Shown: positions 30,501 through 39,400, numbered from the stretch's first letter. The stretch is 64,000 nt of DNA from an uncultured Candidatus Saccharibacteria bacterium (GCA_964356795.1 CAYHIK010000004.1:2743-66742), one strand, 5' to 3'. Program-made: numbers and translations. Notes: a model not told the origin generated them from the letters alone.

Positions 30501-32120
30501 ATACGTAAGCCCCTCCGCCTGAAGAATAATGTCCTCGTATTGCTGTTGAATTGCTGGCTCAATAGCTTCGAAATTCGGCTCAATGCCCGTAATTTCCTGG
30601 AGTAAATGAATGCCTTTTCGCGAGCGCTCAGTTATATCAAGCGCGAGTTTCATATACGCGCTCTGGAGAAGTTCTGGCGCGATTTCGTATCGCACACCTG
30701 TCAGATGCTTCACATTCAACGCGAATTGAAGTGCTGGTGGATCAAATGATTCGTCGCTGAGCAAGGAGTAATACATGTCCTGAATCTGCATCGAGAAATC
30801 TGTGTACTCCATACGCACGCCCGACATACGCTCCAATTGCGGAATAATGGAGAGGACCTCTCGGCGGTTCTCATGTGAATCCCCTCGACACGCACTTAGG
30901 GTCAATTCCCAATACGCGAAGCGCATAAGCGACGGCAAGCGTTCCGTTTCTGTGTAGCGCTCCAATGCATTCATGACCCGCTTCATCGACGCGAGCATCG
31001 CTGAGTGTTGATGCTCGCGCCCACTGAAATAGCGCCAGCCACCTATAAATTCAATCATGGAAGCTTGCACCCCTGGATGCAGAAAGGATTCGGCATCACC
31101 TGCTTGAATTCCCGCAAAATCAAGAGGAGTGATTTCTGTGCCACCATACGGCGAGCGAGCAGCCTTATTAAGATACGAAATGTGATGATCAATCTTCGCA
31201 ATTTCTTGCTGGTCAGATGCACGCACCCGGAGAGCGCGGAATAGACGCACGAAGTCAGTCGCAATCGCATGCGTCCTATACCGATCCCCGTACTCACCTA
31301 CTTTGAGTTTATATGCGTGAAATAATTCTAGGATTGCATCGGCATCATGCGCTGATCCGATTCGCGTGAAGATAGTCCTAAACACCTCAGACGATGCAGG
31401 GCGAGCCATGACAGTATCGAGCGAAAAAAGATTCATAATACGCCCTGCGAGCGCAGGGGTTGCCATGTAGGGAACCATCCTGATGCACGTAGTGAGCCGG
31501 TCCACGTCCACGGCACCGGATTGAGCATATGCGATCACGTGCTCGAGTGCTTGAGCTCCGTTATCACGAAGTCGACGACGAAGCTCGACAATATACTCCG
31601 CTTCCCGATTCTCGCGTTCATGTCCCGCCCCGTAGTACTCATCACTGGGATCAATATAGGGGGGATCGTAGAAAGCCCGGTGGTCCACGCACGCCTGTAA
31701 GAGCTTGGCAACGCGCTCTCCCTCCTCTTCTTGCGTAGCGCGCTCAAGCTTTGCAGTGTCTCGACGACGCAAAGCCTCGCGCCCCCACTCAAAAACATCG
31801 AAATCATGTATATCATCGGGTACAAGCTCCGCAATAAGCTGACCCTCCATGGGATTGTCTGGATCGGTATCGGTAAGAATGACGACGCGATACGCTACAC
31901 CCTCCTTAAGTGCTTCGCCACCTGGAGGCGGTGTGTACGTAATAATCTTCCGGTCAGGCGCGCTACTCTTGTATATGACGCCTCCGTGCTTTGTGGTAAA
32001 TCGTCGGAATGTAACGTCAAGAAACACTCGCCCCTCCAGCCCAAGAGGGCTCACCTCATGTGATGGTTGAGATTCTGGCTGATGTTCTGTATGAGAGTGC
32101 CCCTGCGCGCCTTCTGTCAT
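27573..32120 (-). CDS. Giant (~1515 aa) helical-repeat hypothetical protein
   Basis: Uninterrupted ORF with about seven (L/I)TG(I/V)xP(D/N)F-type repeats. Confidence 0.8.
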   Translation of the reverse strand: MTEGAQGHSHTEHQPESQPSHEVSPLGLEGRVFLDVTFRRFTTKHGGVIYKSSAPDRKIITYTPPPGGEALKEGVAYRVVILTDTDPDNPMEGQLIAELVPDDIHDFDVFEWGREALRRRDTAKLERATQEEEGERVAKLLQACVDHRAFYDPPYIDPSDEYYGAGHERENREAEYIVELRRRLRDNGAQALEHVIAYAQSGAVDVDRLTTCIRMVPYMATPALAGRIMNLFSLDTVMARPASSEVFRTIFTRIGSAHDADAILELFHAYKLKVGEYGDRYRTHAIATDFVRLFRALRVRASDQQEIAKIDHHISYLNKAARSPYGGTEITPLDFAGIQAGDAESFLHPGVQASMIEFIGGWRYFSGREHQHSAMLASMKRVMNALERYTETERLPSLMRFAYWELTLSACRGDSHENRREVLSIIPQLERMSGVRMEYTDFSMQIQDMYYSLLSDESFDPPALQFALNVKHLTGVRYEIAPELLQSAYMKLALDITERSRKGIHLLQEITGIEPNFEAIEPAIQQQYEDIILQAEGLTYQYHYGRQLQLDAAVRLLEATAIRPRIEASKMHARYKTWLRSPNLRMTDVIRLAAELTGIEPDFSLYKDAIHERYSRLREGIRKEIPNTPQDLIALRDVSGIESDFSEKQVVELIISLCRFSSMPNPIDVVRRVTSIRPDFTKHSGEMQHAYIALIRGMRTLGFYPTLERLKAFHNVVSAGFASTDAEFETLATELFDRARGDGHIAGLLEVDQYVPSPELMTCIVGKIIAYELPGTKSNLLASAFGKLKLLGSRARIDSLGSAVLKSAYSDPGQAVAILKNLNDDTLSREYPDEMSLIRSAIQHDPFFGALSRIANIQGFAQNVANDPWTSEFIPLLKELTSSGVVRVENKDDMAMLVSFVELVGMRNTPALFRFYADCQRHRNLDSLSGESLEECSEFGIEARRKSGGWRFKDSLELFNAVYKSLGTMQSTMLKDEIPGGIESSLGEELFSRLKGTTQFERGDSVSDILDAYRKTVRLRPALAKLPIGFQEASMDIPLARQAREKSKDQSEALSAFLVSQEVVDVYEPLAEAWGDAGLFSVLDLLDSAHHRLLDEENTLRSLLASAPEEIEIAIRDEGDLKKKQELIRKSKALQNPRGRIGIERQAGALKEMSKNIQTILDVLYESEQGEPDIVAALESMAELDGPISLAKDIRALSAVHALQTMESTNWGDVVATLALWRDDEPTAERIYGVHALSKDYIEEHYLHHFQDPDHTEHTPFSPALLEKLNQVWLQKLDPRTGYLPITALKRKLDDILGVGTSQPVKSVSVSLVPVSGLLHIFSGDLGDSCHTSRHREIAEGEYPNLRTWVYASNRGKDNEELRGSVLAIMAKSKESKVPVLVVRANNPTENFIRTLDADAFVLSSLKEAIATARRMRAERMRAGGSVTLWDSHAVVAIPMDMRGMASTNRQPINDVYRARFKHCRPMGLVRTNETTFNSYMVHDKRGDTPAVVIWEMDADGNETWHGDWTLQKTT

Positions 32121-32125
32121 GCCTA

Positions 32126-32154
32126 TTGACAATTATGCTGTTATATGCTATACT
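32126..32154 (+). promoter_or_regulatory. Consensus sigma70 promoter with no convincing downstream gene
   Basis: TTGACA-17nt-TATACT with extended TG. Confidence 0.6.
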
Positions 32155-32160
32155 TAATCC

Positions 32161-32267
32161 AGAATTTAGTGTAATTTCCGTACCGAGTCGCCGGGGGCAA
32201 AGCTACCTAGCCATGGAAGCGCCAACGGATCTCGGCCTACCCCTCTTATATATAAGAGGGGTATTTT
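32161..32267 (+). ncRNA. Candidate small RNA
   Basis: Lies between the consensus promoter and the terminator tacccctcttatatataagaggggta-tttt; ccgag/ctcgg stem. Confidence 0.35.
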
Positions 32268-32333
32268 GTATCTTGTCCTCCCCGAATCTAGATTAAGTAT
32301 ACCAAACAAAAAGAAAAACTACATTTGATGAAT

Positions 32334-32359
32334 AAACCCCCGAGCATGCTCGGGGGTTT
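32334..32359 (-). terminator. Terminator of the PurA-like operon
   Basis: aaacccccgagc-at-gctcgggggttt. Confidence 0.7.
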
Positions 32360-32384
32360 GGCTTATGGGAAAGCCGGAATTTCA

Positions 32385-33698
32385 CTACACACAGAAGCGT
32401 TTTTCATCTGCCGACGGACCCGCTGACTCGATACGAATCGGCACGCCCACTATGTGCGCCAACTCGTCCAGATACGCGGGCATATGTGACGCTGCATCCT
32501 CGTACACGGGCGCGACTCGCGTGAGGAGTGACGTCAGGTTCGATTGGTATTCGAGATCGGTGAGCTCCTGCTTCGGCGCAAGGTCAGTCTCCCGCCCCCA
32601 ATCAGGAATGTCGTAGGCAGTACAAATCTTCCGCGATGGCACAGATGCGAATCGATCCGTGTTCGTGATGACCAGCGCATCGATACCACGACTGACGGCA
32701 ATCGCATATCGCGCGAGCACTGCATCGAACCATCCAACCCTGAACCCACGTTGCCACTGATTCGATGTGTTACACGGGTCAGGAAGTTGATCGGTAAGGT
32801 GTTCACACTCCGTCGGGAATGGCCCAGCCCCGTGACGCGTGAAGTACGCGCGGAGCAGTCCATACTTCAGAACGTCGCCCGCGTAGCCGACCTCAGACAA
32901 GAGCGTCATCGCATTCGCCGGCGTTGTCGTGCTCCACGTCGTGTACGGATGAAATCCGTACCATTCATCGAGCAACACCCCCTGCGCACCCTCGAACACG
33001 AGATTCTGCCGTTCCGCAATTGTTCCAAGGTATGAGCCAGGAACAATCGTAAACGGCGATGCGTATTCATGCATCAACCGAGCAATCCGATCGGGAGCAT
33101 CGGCATCTTCGAATGCCTCGAGCGCATACTCCAATCGCTTATCCTCGACACCAACACCGACGATCTTCAGCCGGTCGCGAATCGCATACAGCTTCTCACG
33201 AAGCACCACTGGATACTTGAGATCACGCGCATGAATAGCAGTATCGGGAAATGCGATGCTATCGGCCATTGTCTCGCCGATACCCATCCCGCAACTGCCA
33301 TGGCGTCCATTGCCACGCAACGATTCACGAATCTGATTTGCATATGCGTGGAACGGCGTAATCACGAGCGCGCCTTCATCAATCGTCAGCCGCTCGAACA
33401 CGTTCGAGCATCCCGCCTCCTGCAACTCATGCGCCTCACTCACCAGCCCTGATGGCTCGACGAGCATGAACCGCGAAAGATGCGTCCGCACACTAGGCAT
33501 AAATGTCCCGCTCCCGAACTGCGAGAACACGTGCTCCCGACCGTCAGGCGTCACTACGCGATGCGCAGCCTGCGCACCTCCGTTGAATCGCACAACAGTG
33601 CCAACAGCGTGCATGCGACACAGGAAGTCAACAATCGTACCCTTTCCCGCATCTCCGAATCCAAGGTCAACGACAATCGTTGCCGTGTGATTATTCAT
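32385..33698 (-). CDS. Divergent adenylosuccinate-synthetase-like protein
   Basis: GDAGKG, EGAQGVLLD, YFTRHGAGPFPTE, RVGWFD; aspartate-binding TTGR loop replaced. Confidence 0.85.
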   Translation of the reverse strand: MNNHTATIVVDLGFGDAGKGTIVDFLCRMHAVGTVVRFNGGAQAAHRVVTPDGREHVFSQFGSGTFMPSVRTHLSRFMLVEPSGLVSEAHELQEAGCSNVFERLTIDEGALVITPFHAYANQIRESLRGNGRHGSCGMGIGETMADSIAFPDTAIHARDLKYPVVLREKLYAIRDRLKIVGVGVEDKRLEYALEAFEDADAPDRIARLMHEYASPFTIVPGSYLGTIAERQNLVFEGAQGVLLDEWYGFHPYTTWSTTTPANAMTLLSEVGYAGDVLKYGLLRAYFTRHGAGPFPTECEHLTDQLPDPCNTSNQWQRGFRVGWFDAVLARYAIAVSRGIDALVITNTDRFASVPSRKICTAYDIPDWGRETDLAPKQELTDLEYQSNLTSLLTRVAPVYEDAASHMPAYLDELAHIVGVPIRIESAGPSADEKRFCV

Positions 33699-33770
33699 AC
33701 GCGCCTCCGCGTGCAGAAAAAAAGAAATGGCGGTGCCCGAGTACCATATCGGACACCGCCAGAGAGCTAC

Positions 33771-34784
33771 CTAGATACGACTGACACCGCGACCCTTGCG
33801 GGAGTGCGCGGCAGGGAGAGTTCCCTTCGCCGTCTTCGCCGGCAGACCACCTGCGCCGATGTGAACCAGCGCGTTCTTCACGGTGGTAGCGTCGCGACCC
33901 GTGAGGCCGATGTCGCCAACGACCGCGTCGACGTCACGAGCGCTCTCGATCGAGTGAATGATGCCTGCGATGACTTCGCAGACGAGCGAGGAATCCTCCA
34001 CTCTCACGAAGCGTTCACCCAGCAACTTCTTCCACCGATTCTGGATGGTCGCATCGTTCGGATAGCCCCCATCGACTGAGAAGAGGTGGAACACTTCCCA
34101 CTGCTCCTTCACCCGTTCGAGGAGTGCCTCGACTGTTTCGTCTTTCTGAGCCGTCACACCGAAGATATCCTTCACTTCGCTTCGGGTGATCTTCGGCCAG
34201 AGCGATTCGTCGCCCATGGTGAAGAGGTACCCCTTCTTACCGCGCTTCTCGAACGAGTCGGTCGCCGTGTGGTACGCAGCGAAACGCCACGCCAGTCCGT
34301 ACGACTCCTGAACCTGACCACCACCACCGCCCTCGACGATGATGTTGCGCAGCTGTTCGTCGAATCGGTTGTCCGACTCGAACTGACCAACCTGGAACGG
34401 GTACTGGTCGCAATGCGAGTCGCCGATGGCGCCGACCAAGATCTGCGGATCCTTGATGCCAGCCTTCTCGCGAATGACGTCCATCAACTTGACCAACTTC
34501 GTCTGCAGGGTACGAGGGATTGCTCCCATCGAACCCGTCACGTCGAAGAGGATAGCGATGGGCAACGATTCGGGATGCTCGTCGCTGTCGCGACTCTCAC
34601 GAATCGGCTTGCCCGCCACCGGACTGGTCGGTCCAGCCACCTTCTTCGGGTCCAAGTCCGGATGGATTCCGTGCGCGACACCCGCGCGAATTCTCGCATC
34701 GTGGCCAAAGTCGGGCACACCGGTACTTCTCCGCGTCGTCGTTGCGCGCGCGTATGCGTCCGAGTCGAAGCTTCCACCGCCCAT
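33771..34784 (-). CDS. vWA-domain protein
   Basis: MIDAS-like DVTGSM, GQFES, EGGGGGQxxESY, GDE. Confidence 0.82.
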   Translation of the reverse strand: MGGGSFDSDAYARATTTRRSTGVPDFGHDARIRAGVAHGIHPDLDPKKVAGPTSPVAGKPIRESRDSDEHPESLPIAILFDVTGSMGAIPRTLQTKLVKLMDVIREKAGIKDPQILVGAIGDSHCDQYPFQVGQFESDNRFDEQLRNIIVEGGGGGQVQESYGLAWRFAAYHTATDSFEKRGKKGYLFTMGDESLWPKITRSEVKDIFGVTAQKDETVEALLERVKEQWEVFHLFSVDGGYPNDATIQNRWKKLLGERFVRVEDSSLVCEVIAGIIHSIESARDVDAVVGDIGLTGRDATTVKNALVHIGAGGLPAKTAKGTLPAAHSRKGRGVSRI

Positions 34785-34799
34785 GACACTACTCCTTGA

Positions 34800-35954
34800 T
34801 TATGATCCCGCGCTCGAATCCGGCACAACCATCGGCCGATATTCTCGCTTCCACTCCGTCCGGACGATGCGGGTAAACTCGTCCAGAAGGTCTCGCCCAT
34901 CAGTGGGCCTTTTCTGTGAATCTTCGTTGACGCATCGGATGATGCAGTCCGCCATGGCCGCAGGCGTACTCCGAGGAACCGTATTACGCTGCGTGTCGCC
35001 ACCCAAGAGCCATATCAGCGTCTTCCCGACCATGAACAAATCGGTGTGATGACTCGGCGACTTCTTATCGATAACTTCCGGCGGATACCAATCCTTCCAT
35101 CGATCGATCATCATGGTGATACGATCACCAGAATCACGATCAACCGCATGGAGCCAACCAATGTGCTGCGGTTCCCGTGTGATGGGGTGTACGAGCACAT
35201 GATCGGGAGTAATCGCCCCGTGAATGGCGTGTATCATGCGTGCGGCAATTGCCTGTGCAATCACGCGTCGCCCAACCCACGCAACTTCATTTGGCTCCAA
35301 TGACCTACTCAGTCGAGTACGAATATCCGCGAGTGACAGCATCCCATCGTAGGGAGTCATCACGATCGCTCGATATCGCCGACCGCCATCAACCACGCTG
35401 AACGCATCTCGAATCGGTGGAAGGTAGGGCAACAATTTCGGAAACTTCTCAAACCGCTTCAGGATCATAAGCTCATGATCGAACAGCGGATTGAACGTAG
35501 GATCGGCCGAAAGCTTGATGAGTACCGGCCCCGACGCACCCGTAATCTGTGTCGCACGGTAGAGCACCGAGAAGTCGCCCGAGTGATACGGAGTATGCTC
35601 GAGCCGATACGTGGCACTCGCAGACTGGAGAATTCCACCATCGTTCACGGCTGCACGTGATGCCGTCGGGGCAGCACCGACCCTAAACGGAGTAGCGTAT
35701 ACTCCATTATCCAGAGCGGCCTCCGCGGACTTCCATAATTCGTTCAGGCGCTGGAATACTTCTCCCGCGAGAGCGGCTGCATGAGCCGGAGCAACATCGG
35801 GGTGCACCTGCCGAGCAAGATAGCTAAAACTCTTACGGAGTTCGCGCTTTCGCTCGAGCACATCAACTCCAGGCACGGCACCGAAAATTGCTTCGAATGT
35901 CGTTGCCGTTCGCAGTACCAACGATACAGCCTCGATATCACTTACGGACGACAT
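34800..35954 (-). CDS. J-domain plus Ser/Thr kinase-like (probable pseudokinase) fusion
   Basis: HPD in a J-like helical region; GDFS loop, VLIK, HGAITPDH, PPEV, TDLF, KRP. Confidence 0.78.
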   Translation of the reverse strand: MSSVSDIEAVSLVLRTATTFEAIFGAVPGVDVLERKRELRKSFSYLARQVHPDVAPAHAAALAGEVFQRLNELWKSAEAALDNGVYATPFRVGAAPTASRAAVNDGGILQSASATYRLEHTPYHSGDFSVLYRATQITGASGPVLIKLSADPTFNPLFDHELMILKRFEKFPKLLPYLPPIRDAFSVVDGGRRYRAIVMTPYDGMLSLADIRTRLSRSLEPNEVAWVGRRVIAQAIAARMIHAIHGAITPDHVLVHPITREPQHIGWLHAVDRDSGDRITMMIDRWKDWYPPEVIDKKSPSHHTDLFMVGKTLIWLLGGDTQRNTVPRSTPAAMADCIIRCVNEDSQKRPTDGRDLLDEFTRIVRTEWKREYRPMVVPDSSAGS

Positions 35955-36026
35955 AGCTCCCTCCGCTTTTGTGAGCGTGTCCCTTCAATTTTCAACGTCC
36001 TTGCCGCCACTCTACACCCTTCTTAT

Positions 36027-36080
36027 TTAGTGTCAATAGTACACCTAACACCGTGTGCATAAGTGTACATTTGACAAGAA
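36027..36080. promoter_or_regulatory. Two NrtR-box-like operators overlapping divergent -35 elements
   Basis: ttaGTGTcaatagtACACcta and taagtGTacatttgACaagaa (GT-N7-AC); TTGACA on both strands. Confidence 0.6.
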
Positions 36081-36106
36081 GTACCGAGGTGCGGTAGAGT
36101 TATAAT

Positions 36107-36802
36107 ATGCATCAAAAAGGCAATTTAGTCAAGAATCTTCGCTTTGCCACCATCGCTACCGACGTGGCCCTTTTTACGATTCATAATCAAGAATTATTGG
36201 TTCGCGTGATTCCCGTTCACCGCCCACCTCACTATCATAATGCTCGTGGCCTCCCCGGCGGGCTCATTCTCCCCCATGAAACAGCAGAAAATGCCGCACG
36301 AAGACTCCTCATCGAAAAAGGAGGCATCACATCGTCAGCGGTATACCTAGAGCAACTCGCGACATTCAGCGCACTCGATCGCGATCCACGCGGACGCGTT
36401 ATCGCAGTTGCACACATCGGACTTGTGTCATGGAGCGAACTCACCGATGCGGAGCGAAGTACAAGTGATGCCGCATGGGTTACCGCGCGCGAAGCGCGCA
36501 ACCTCGCCTATGACCATGATGAGATGCTCACGATGGCGCACGCACGACTCGCGTCTCGCATCGGATACTCCACGATTATCCGTGGCCTCATACCATCCGA
36601 ATTCACGCTCACCGAACTCGAGCAAGCCTATGAGTGCGTTCTTGGACGCCCCATGGACAAGCGCAATTTCCGGAAAAAAATATTGAAACTCGATATTATT
36701 CGACCCCTTCACCGCACCCGCCAAGGCGCGAAAGCACGTCCAGCGCAACTCTATGCATTCGCGAAGAACTCGATTCAGATGATCGATCTCTTCCGCACAT
36801 AA
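36107..36802 (+). CDS. NrtR-family NUDIX + winged-helix transcriptional regulator
   Basis: LPGG, LEQL, RDPRGR, LAYDH, FTLTEL, DKRNFRKK, RPAQLY. Confidence 0.9.
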   Translation: MHQKGNLVKNLRFATIATDVALFTIHNQELLVRVIPVHRPPHYHNARGLPGGLILPHETAENAARRLLIEKGGITSSAVYLEQLATFSALDRDPRGRVIAVAHIGLVSWSELTDAERSTSDAAWVTAREARNLAYDHDEMLTMAHARLASRIGYSTIIRGLIPSEFTLTELEQAYECVLGRPMDKRNFRKKILKLDIIRPLHRTRQGAKARPAQLYAFAKNSIQMIDLFRT

Positions 36803-36865
36803 TCAATCCGCTCAATAAAAAACCCGCTCGGAATGGCACGGTGCCAAACAAAGCGGGTGTCCTCA

Positions 36866-37384
36866 CTACTTACTGATCTTGACGGCAACCATGGAGCTCG
36901 GCACGCCGCGCTCCCAGAGGAGGTTACCCCAGACAGTCACCTTTCCGCGGGTGACACCGATTTTGACGCCATCCCCGAGAAACGTTTGATGGTAGTAACC
37001 AACGGTCCAGTCCTTGTACACCGTACAGTCACCAACGACGCGATACCACGTATCGCTCGCACCATGCTCTCGCATGACCGACAACGAAAAGCGGTTGCGT
37101 CCGAGCCACAGCGTCTCGGCGTATCGAGCGCCACCGCTCTCCACGCCGACATTCACGCCGAGCTCACTCCACGACGTGAGGGCCAGCGTTGGCCCCGCAT
37201 ACGCCTGTGCCCAATCCTGGTTGATCAGCGCGAACGATGACCACCCCAGCTTGCCACGCACCTTACCCGAGAGATACAGCTCGAATTCCGGACTTCCGCT
37301 GAGAAGCTTGAATTCGGCGAAATCTCCCGCGAACGCCGGCGTAGCCATGGACAACAGCAGAATCACCAACATGAGACGCTTCAT
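36866..37384 (-). CDS. Secreted beta-strand-rich hypothetical protein
   Basis: Signal peptide MKRLMLV...AFA; alternating beta pattern; SD GGAGG. Confidence 0.7.
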   Translation of the reverse strand: MKRLMLVILLLSMATPAFAGDFAEFKLLSGSPEFELYLSGKVRGKLGWSSFALINQDWAQAYAGPTLALTSWSELGVNVGVESGGARYAETLWLGRNRFSLSVMREHGASDTWYRVVGDCTVYKDWTVGYYHQTFLGDGVKIGVTRGKVTVWGNLLWERGVPSSMVAVKISK

Positions 37385-37746
37385 ACTTCCTCCTCGCGGT
37401 CTGGATAGATGAGCTCTGCATCTTCGCCCATTTCGGCGTAGATGCATTCCTCGCCGATATCCTTGCACAGTGTGGCCAGAAATTCGCGAAGACGTGGCAC
37501 CTTCGTGCGACGCTCGTCCTCTTTGAACGCGACCCGGAATTCACGCAACTCGTCGTATTCGGCAGCACCTGAGCCGAAGTACCCGTAGATATTACCCGAT
37601 GCGCACGTGTACCCGCCAAATGTGCCTCGCAGAAAGTCGTGAACGACCTTCGCAACGGATTGGCGTGAAGCGCTGTACTTCGGGTTGTACACCTTTACCG
37701 ACGGGATGAGAAACAACGCCCGCTTTCCAAGACTCTCGACTCGCAT
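37381..37746 (-). CDS. Hypothetical protein
   Basis: SD GAGG; FGGYT and IGEECIY motifs; ATGA overlap. Confidence 0.7.
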   Translation of the reverse strand: MRVESLGKRALFLIPSVKVYNPKYSASRQSVAKVVHDFLRGTFGGYTCASGNIYGYFGSGAAEYDELREFRVAFKEDERRTKVPRLREFLATLCKDIGEECIYAEMGEDAELIYPDREEEV

Positions 37747-37848
37747 GCCTCACCTCAGTCAATATTATACCACAATAAATATTTATAGCAACTTCCCCGC
37801 AATAATCTCTTCATTGAAGATGCCGGGCCCAAGTGCTACGCTTGGCCC

Positions 37849-38601
37849 ATGGAATACCTCATCTACGCCGTGGTAGCGCTTGTACTCGCAAGCCTCCGGC
37901 AAATCAACCAGTATCAACGCGGAGTCCGCTTCACCATGGGACGCTACTCCGGCATCATGCACCCTGGATGGCGCATCGTATGGCCTATTTTCCAGACATA
38001 CCGAAAAGTCGATATTCGCGTCAAAGCAGTTGATGTGCCTGACCAGAAAGCAATTACGCGCGACAACGTATCGGTCACGGTAAACGCGGTGCTCTACTAC
38101 AAAGTCGCTGATGCAGCAAAGGCAACAATCGAAGTAGAAGATTTCCGCTATGCAATCTCACAGTACGCACAGACCACGATGCGCAACATCATCGGCGAGG
38201 CAACGCTCGATGAACTTCTCGCCGGTCGTGAACAGATCGCAGAACGCATCCGCGACATCGTCGATAAAGAAACGGACGAATGGGGGCTCAAGGTAAGCAA
38301 CGTTGAGCTCAAGGACGTATCACTCCCCGGAGACATGGAGCGCACGATTGCAAAACAAGCGGAAGCAGAACGTGAAAAGCGTGCCGTCATCATTAATTCA
38401 GAAGGAGAGCTTGGCGCAGCACAAAATATGGCAAAAGCTGCTGAAATTCTCTCTGCAGTACCGGGCGCACTCCACCTGCGCACACTACAGAGCATCAATG
38501 ACATCTCATCTGATCAATCCAACACGGTCGTATTCGCTGTCCCCCTCGAGACGCTCAAAGCGCTCTCCGGTTTCGTAGAAAAGATAAAGAAAGTCGAGTA
38601 G
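37849..38601 (+). CDS. SPFH/band-7 (stomatin-like) protein
   Basis: ITRDNV, QTTMR, KQAEAERE, LRTLQ. Confidence 0.93.
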   Translation: MEYLIYAVVALVLASLRQINQYQRGVRFTMGRYSGIMHPGWRIVWPIFQTYRKVDIRVKAVDVPDQKAITRDNVSVTVNAVLYYKVADAAKATIEVEDFRYAISQYAQTTMRNIIGEATLDELLAGREQIAERIRDIVDKETDEWGLKVSNVELKDVSLPGDMERTIAKQAEAEREKRAVIINSEGELGAAQNMAKAAEILSAVPGALHLRTLQSINDISSDQSNTVVFAVPLETLKALSGFVEKIKKVE

Positions 38602-38610
38602 CTTCGACAT

Positions 38611-38732
38611 GGCGAAATGAATCCTAATACCCCTATGAGGGGCTTTCGGAGCGCGGCGGCGCGAGAACGAGACACTCCGCCAGTCAGGCGGAGATGTCGT
38701 ACCCGAAAAGGGGTATTAGGATTCACTTCGCC
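38611..38732 (+). repeat. Type I structured repeat, copy 2
   Basis: Same core inside a perfect 17-bp stem tgaatcctaatacccct/aggggtattaggattca. Confidence 0.8.
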
Positions 38733-38740
38733 TATCTCTG

Positions 38741-39331
38741 CTACTTCTTGATGAATTCCAAGGTGTCCTGCCAGGGAATGTTATCGTGCCCTAGAATGGC
38801 ATACTGACCGATACTCACAAACGCGAATCGATCAGGAAACTTCGGATTGTAGAGGAAATACCGAATACCATTCACCTGGTCATACTTTGGATTGCACAGC
38901 TCGTAGTTCGCGAACCATGACTCTTCGTCATTAGTTGAACGAGGATAGGTAATTTCTGCGACCTCATATCCGCCGATGATGTTCGAGGGAGTAACTTCAA
39001 TCTTGCACTGATTCGATGGGTACTCTGCAAGAATCTGTCGTCGAATAGACGTCCCAAACGTCTCATCGGTTCGCTTCGTGAACATCTCAATTGACTGCCC
39101 CGTCTCAATCGCTGCATCGCCCGCCGCGAGATACACTTTATTCCCGATTTCCTGCACCTTCAGCGTTGCGCCCTCGTAGGGGTTAATGACGTATTGAAAT
39201 CGAATGCCGAGCGCTTTGGAGGTAAATACCGCAACACCCTCCGCGGGCGCATTTGCGTACTGCGTAGATACATAGAATCCAACAGCTACGGCTATGACAG
39301 AGAGAACGATAACTCCAAGTACTTTTTTCAT
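38741..39331 (-). CDS. Membrane-anchored hypothetical protein
   Basis: N-terminal TM/signal, 196 aa. Confidence 0.7.
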   Translation of the reverse strand: MKKVLGVIVLSVIAVAVGFYVSTQYANAPAEGVAVFTSKALGIRFQYVINPYEGATLKVQEIGNKVYLAAGDAAIETGQSIEMFTKRTDETFGTSIRRQILAEYPSNQCKIEVTPSNIIGGYEVAEITYPRSTNDEESWFANYELCNPKYDQVNGIRYFLYNPKFPDRFAFVSIGQYAILGHDNIPWQDTLEFIKK

Positions 39332-39400
39332 AGAGATGGCAAAAAAGTTAGTACGTATAGGCGCAGTATGCCACGAAAAAAAGAGAATGGCTAGGAAGCC

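Noticed and set aside
32161-32267. SRP RNA or c-di-GMP riboswitch
   Set aside because: Conserved SRP domain IV and GEMM motifs are not recognisable
32385-33698. PurZ (2-aminoadenine synthesis)
   Set aside because: The P-loop keeps Asp (GDAGKG) rather than the Ser typical of PurZ, and no dATPase or phage polymerase is nearby
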